DNA from: Candidatus Saccharimonadota bacterium
GTDB lineage: Bacteria; Patescibacteriota; Gracilibacteria; BD1-5; UBA6164
Length of the DNA stretch: 32,000 nt
Direction: 5' to 3'
NCBI GenBank assembly: GCA_004563595.2
Contig: CP042461.1
Span: 360,001-392,000 of the forward strand
Shown here in pieces: positions 28,944 to 32,000 of this stretch. The notes below the pieces were generated by a model, which was not told the origin of the DNA, did no database searches, and saw only the letters and a list, made by a program, of their open reading frames with translations. How positions within the stretch are numbered: the stretch's first letter is position 1; each line of letters starts with the position of its first letter. The translations under genes and the position numbers were made by a program.

Positions 28944-31900
28944 ATGTATAAAAAAAATAAAACACTTATAAAAAAAATATTTACTCTCTGACTTATTTTT
29001 TGATCAACTCTCTCAATAGTAGATGCAAGCATGATAGCAGATTATGATAATGGCTGGATAGAAAATGCGGCTGAAAGTCGTCTTGAAGACTCTTCAAGTA
29101 CAGTTTGGACTACTCTAGATACTGGTCATGGTAATCAGAATATGAGCATAGATCCTTCAGGGTGAGTGAGTTGAGCTGCAGCTAAAGTTGATGTAGTTAG
29201 TTACTGAAGTGATGGTCTATTTAAGATATATTTTGCCTATGATGAAGATAGATATACTACGCTAGATGCACCAGATGGGACAAACAGAATGGTCTTATAT
29301 ACTACTATTCCATACTCAGGTGATGGAAATGAACACACGTTTCATATTGGTACCTATTCTAAAGACCCTGCAACGGCAGCTTCGACATCAAATGTAGGGA
29401 ATCACTGGTATCATTACTATGAGTTAAGAGGGAATGATAAAAATTATTGGACGAAAATGTATATGGATACACGTCCTCAGCATGTGGTAGGTGATTCCGA
29501 AAATGCGCCAGAAACGAACCCTACAGCCACTGACGGGTTTAACTACTTTGATGGACTTACAAGGTTATATATACAGATGAGATATTCTCCGTTTGAATCT
29601 AACTGGCCCGGACCGTATACTATGTTTGTAGATGAAATAGAATTTTATGATGAAACAAGAGTAGAAAATGATTATAGTATCAACAGTGTTGCTATAACTT
29701 ATTTTGGTTCTTGAGAATTTGATATAGATTGGAGTTCATTTAGTCCATATGATATTCATAGTGAGACTTTTGAAGTAAGATATTCGCTAAACCCAATAGA
29801 CACAATAGATGACTATTTAGCCTCATCAATTGTACCCGGAAGTCCAGCATGAGGACGGGGGCAAGAAAATATAGGCCATCATGACAATCATTATAGAGCA
29901 AATTTTCAAATTTCTGGTATTGATGAAACAAAGAAGTATTATTTTGCAATTAGAGATTTATATGCGTCTCATCCACAAGATTTAAAAAGAGTTGATTATG
30001 AAGTATTGAATGCTCCAGCACCCATGTATTTAGGTTTCTCATCAAGTAATTTGCTCAACGGTGAAAAAGATTTGTTTTACGCATTTCAACTTGAATGAAA
30101 ATGAGGAAAATCACCATATACATATTCCACTACATCTCAACTTCCTGCATGACTCATGCTTACAAGTGGGTGACTTATATCAGGTATACCTACAGAGTGA
30201 GGAACTTTTAATTTAGATATTACTATCCAAGATTCAGATTCTCCACAGACAAGTGTCCAAAAAACTTTTGTTCTTTATATTAGCGTACCAGAAATTTGTA
30301 CCGATGGAATTGATAATGATGGAAATTGATCAATAGATTGTAATGATCCAATCTGTGTTGGAAATGCTGCATGTGAAGGTTCTGGAGGAGTGTCACTTAT
30401 TAATTTTGGTGATAGTGCAGCAAATAACGTTTTTGGTTTAAGTGGTTGGGATACTGTATTTTTAGATAATTATACAGGCTATTATAATCAATGATCAACC
30501 ATTGTGACAGGTAATAATTCGAATTACAATTACCAAGGGCTGAGTGGTACCTCAAGAACTTTTATAGAAGATGATAAGGTTTTTGCTACTTGGTATAATG
30601 ATGGTCTTTCAAGTATGACCTTTACTCCGTTGGTAAGTTTTACAGACCCTGATAGAAAATGATCAGGAGCTATTCCTACGGGATGGTATGAAATGTCTGA
30701 AGTGACAATTCCTGCTCAGAATTATGGAATTTCAGAGTTTGTTTTTGATACTTCAAATATTTGAGACTATAGTCTTGTAAATGTGAATGTAAATGAGGAT
30801 AATAGTAGCATATTGCTTCTTGATCAAATTTGACTTATTCCAACAGGATCAGTACCAACAGATACAACTGCTCCAGTATTATCAAATGGAGTTCCAAGTT
30901 GAGTCCTTTGATCAGGGACAACAAACACAACGCTCAGTATATCTACAAATGAGAACGCATTTTGTAAATATTCTACAACTGCAAGCACAGTATATGGATC
31001 AATGATAAATACATTTGCTACGACATGATCACAGTCGCATAGTATGAGTATATGAGGACTTATTGATGGAACATCATATACATACTATGTAAAATGTATT
31101 GATTGAGATTCTAATGAAAATACATCAGACTATATAATAAATTTTTCAGTGGCTAATGCTTGAGACATTATAGCTCCTGTACTATCAAATGGAACTCCTA
31201 TAGGAGAACAGGTATGAGGAACAATAAATGTAATTTTAGGGGTTGATACGGATGAAAATTCGACTTGTAAATACTCAACAGTAGTAAATACAGCGTATCC
31301 ATCAATGACAGATACATTTACAACCACATGAAATACAAATCATACAACAAATATTACATGACTTACAGATGGAGCATCATATACATATTATGTAAAATGT
31401 ATAGATGGATCAAGTAATGAAAATATATCAGATTATATAATTAATTTTTCAGTAGCGAATGCTTGAGATACCACAGCTCCTGTGCTATCAAATGGAGCCC
31501 CAGTTTGAGTTCAATCTTCTGGAACAACAAACGTGAATGTGGCATTGACTACGGATGAAAATGCAACATGTAAATATTCAACAGTAGTAAATACAACGTA
31601 TGCATCAATGACAGATACATTTACTACGACATCAAATATAGCTCATAGCACAAATATTACATGACTTACAGATGGAGCATCATATACATATTATGTAAGA
31701 TGTATAGATGGATTAAGTAATGAAAATACATCAGATTATGCTATTAGTTTTTCAGTAGCAATTGAATCTTCAGGTTCGTACTCTGCTATGCTTTCAACAT
31801 TTGAAGTATGATGAAATGAAATATATACATGACCAAGTGCTGATCAAGTAACACGTGTACAAGACAATTATAAATGGATTCCATATCAGTGAGGAAGTTC

Positions 31901-32000
31901 ATATGCACCTACACGGGGATATCTTGAAATAGATGATACAACTGGTGCGAAGTGAAGTAGTGGAAGTTTGAAATATGTTTCAACATGAGGAAGATCTAAT
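28944..32000 (+). CDS. Second giant mosaic surface protein, paralog of 16167-25409 (3' end outside the window; >1,018 aa)
   Basis: ATG 28944 lies 30 nt after the pilin stop with no terminator between. The frame was checked to 32000 with no TAA/TAG. Signal MYKKNKTLIKKIFTLGLIFGSTLSIVDA. The N-terminal architecture matches giant 1: N-domain (HIGTY...HWYHYYEL...MFVDEIEFYDE), He_PIG-like Ig (LPAGLMLTSGGLISGIPTEGGTFNLDI), CTDGIDNDGNGSIDCNDPIC, a CBM-like domain, then three 95-aa modules. Confidence 0.85.
30867..31757 (+). repeat. Tandem array of three 95-aa modules in giant 2 (one type A then two type B), exact 303-nt period
   Basis: Module starts are at 30867, 31170 and 31473. The first copy (TAPVLSNGVPSGVLGSGTTNTTLSISTNENAFCKYSTTASTVYGSMINTFATTG...) is close to R1/R3 of giant 1. 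Copies 2 and 3 resemble R4-R6. Confidence 0.9.

Noticed and set aside
18330-31757. Diversity-generating retroelement (template/variable repeat pair) acting on the repeated modules or on the lectin-like pilin C-termini.
   Set aside because: No reverse transcriptase gene is present in the window. Differences between repeat copies are spread over all four bases and include synonymous changes, not the adenine-specific pattern of DGR mutagenesis. I cannot exclude a DGR elsewhere in the genome.
1-32000. Alternative explanations for the many in-frame TGAs: TGA=Trp (table 4, Mollicutes-like), or a pseudogene-riddled genome.
   Set aside because: TGA sits on invariant Gly positions (P-loops, LPXTG, GRxGRDG, MCG of GlmS, DGGGWT) where Trp would be incompatible. 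Every gene keeps its frame for hundreds to thousands of codons with no TAA/TAG, which decaying pseudogenes would not do.
1-32000. Mobile elements, integrases, prophage or toxin-antitoxin pairs flanking the surface-protein island (for example using tRNA-Gln at 14289 as an attachment site).
   Set aside because: No integrase, transposase or recombinase motifs occur in any frame under table 25. There is no direct repeat of the tRNA 3' end downstream, and core genes (rplU, htpG) are interleaved with the accessory genes.

Overview
AT-rich bacterial chromosomal window that is only coherent if TGA is read as glycine (translation table 25, as in Gracilibacteria/Absconditabacteria-type CPR lineages). 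The supplied standard-code ORF track is therefore fragmented, and most of its minus-strand ORFs are artefacts. I re-read the window by eye with TGA=Gly and TAA/TAG as the only stops. This gives 22 tightly packed CDSs and one tRNA-Gln. Housekeeping genes: recQ (3' part), an MsbA-like ABC exporter, secE-nusG, greA, glmS, rplU, htpG, a lemA-like gene and a DUF212/PAP2-like gene. Accessory cell-surface content is unusually heavy: (a) a type IV pilus block (3.2-8.6 kb) with a short PilB/GspE ATPase, a 185-aa pilin-like protein, a 516-aa pilin with a C-terminal FISUMP-type domain, and an FN3/Ig protein ending in an LPTTG sorting signal whose Gly is a TGA codon; (b) a LysM-LysM-CHAP peptidoglycan hydrolase; (c) a 9,243-nt (3,080-aa) mosaic secreted giant protein (16167-25409) with no in-frame TAA/TAG; (d) a pilin fused to a fibrinogen-like globular domain (27589-28914), followed 30 nt later by (e) a second, paralogous giant protein that runs off the window (28944->32000). 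Both giants carry a conserved 95-aa two-cysteine module repeated in tandem with an exact 303-nt period. I saw no CRISPR array, transposase, rRNA or phage genes. All domain calls are motif recognition by eye, not database searches.
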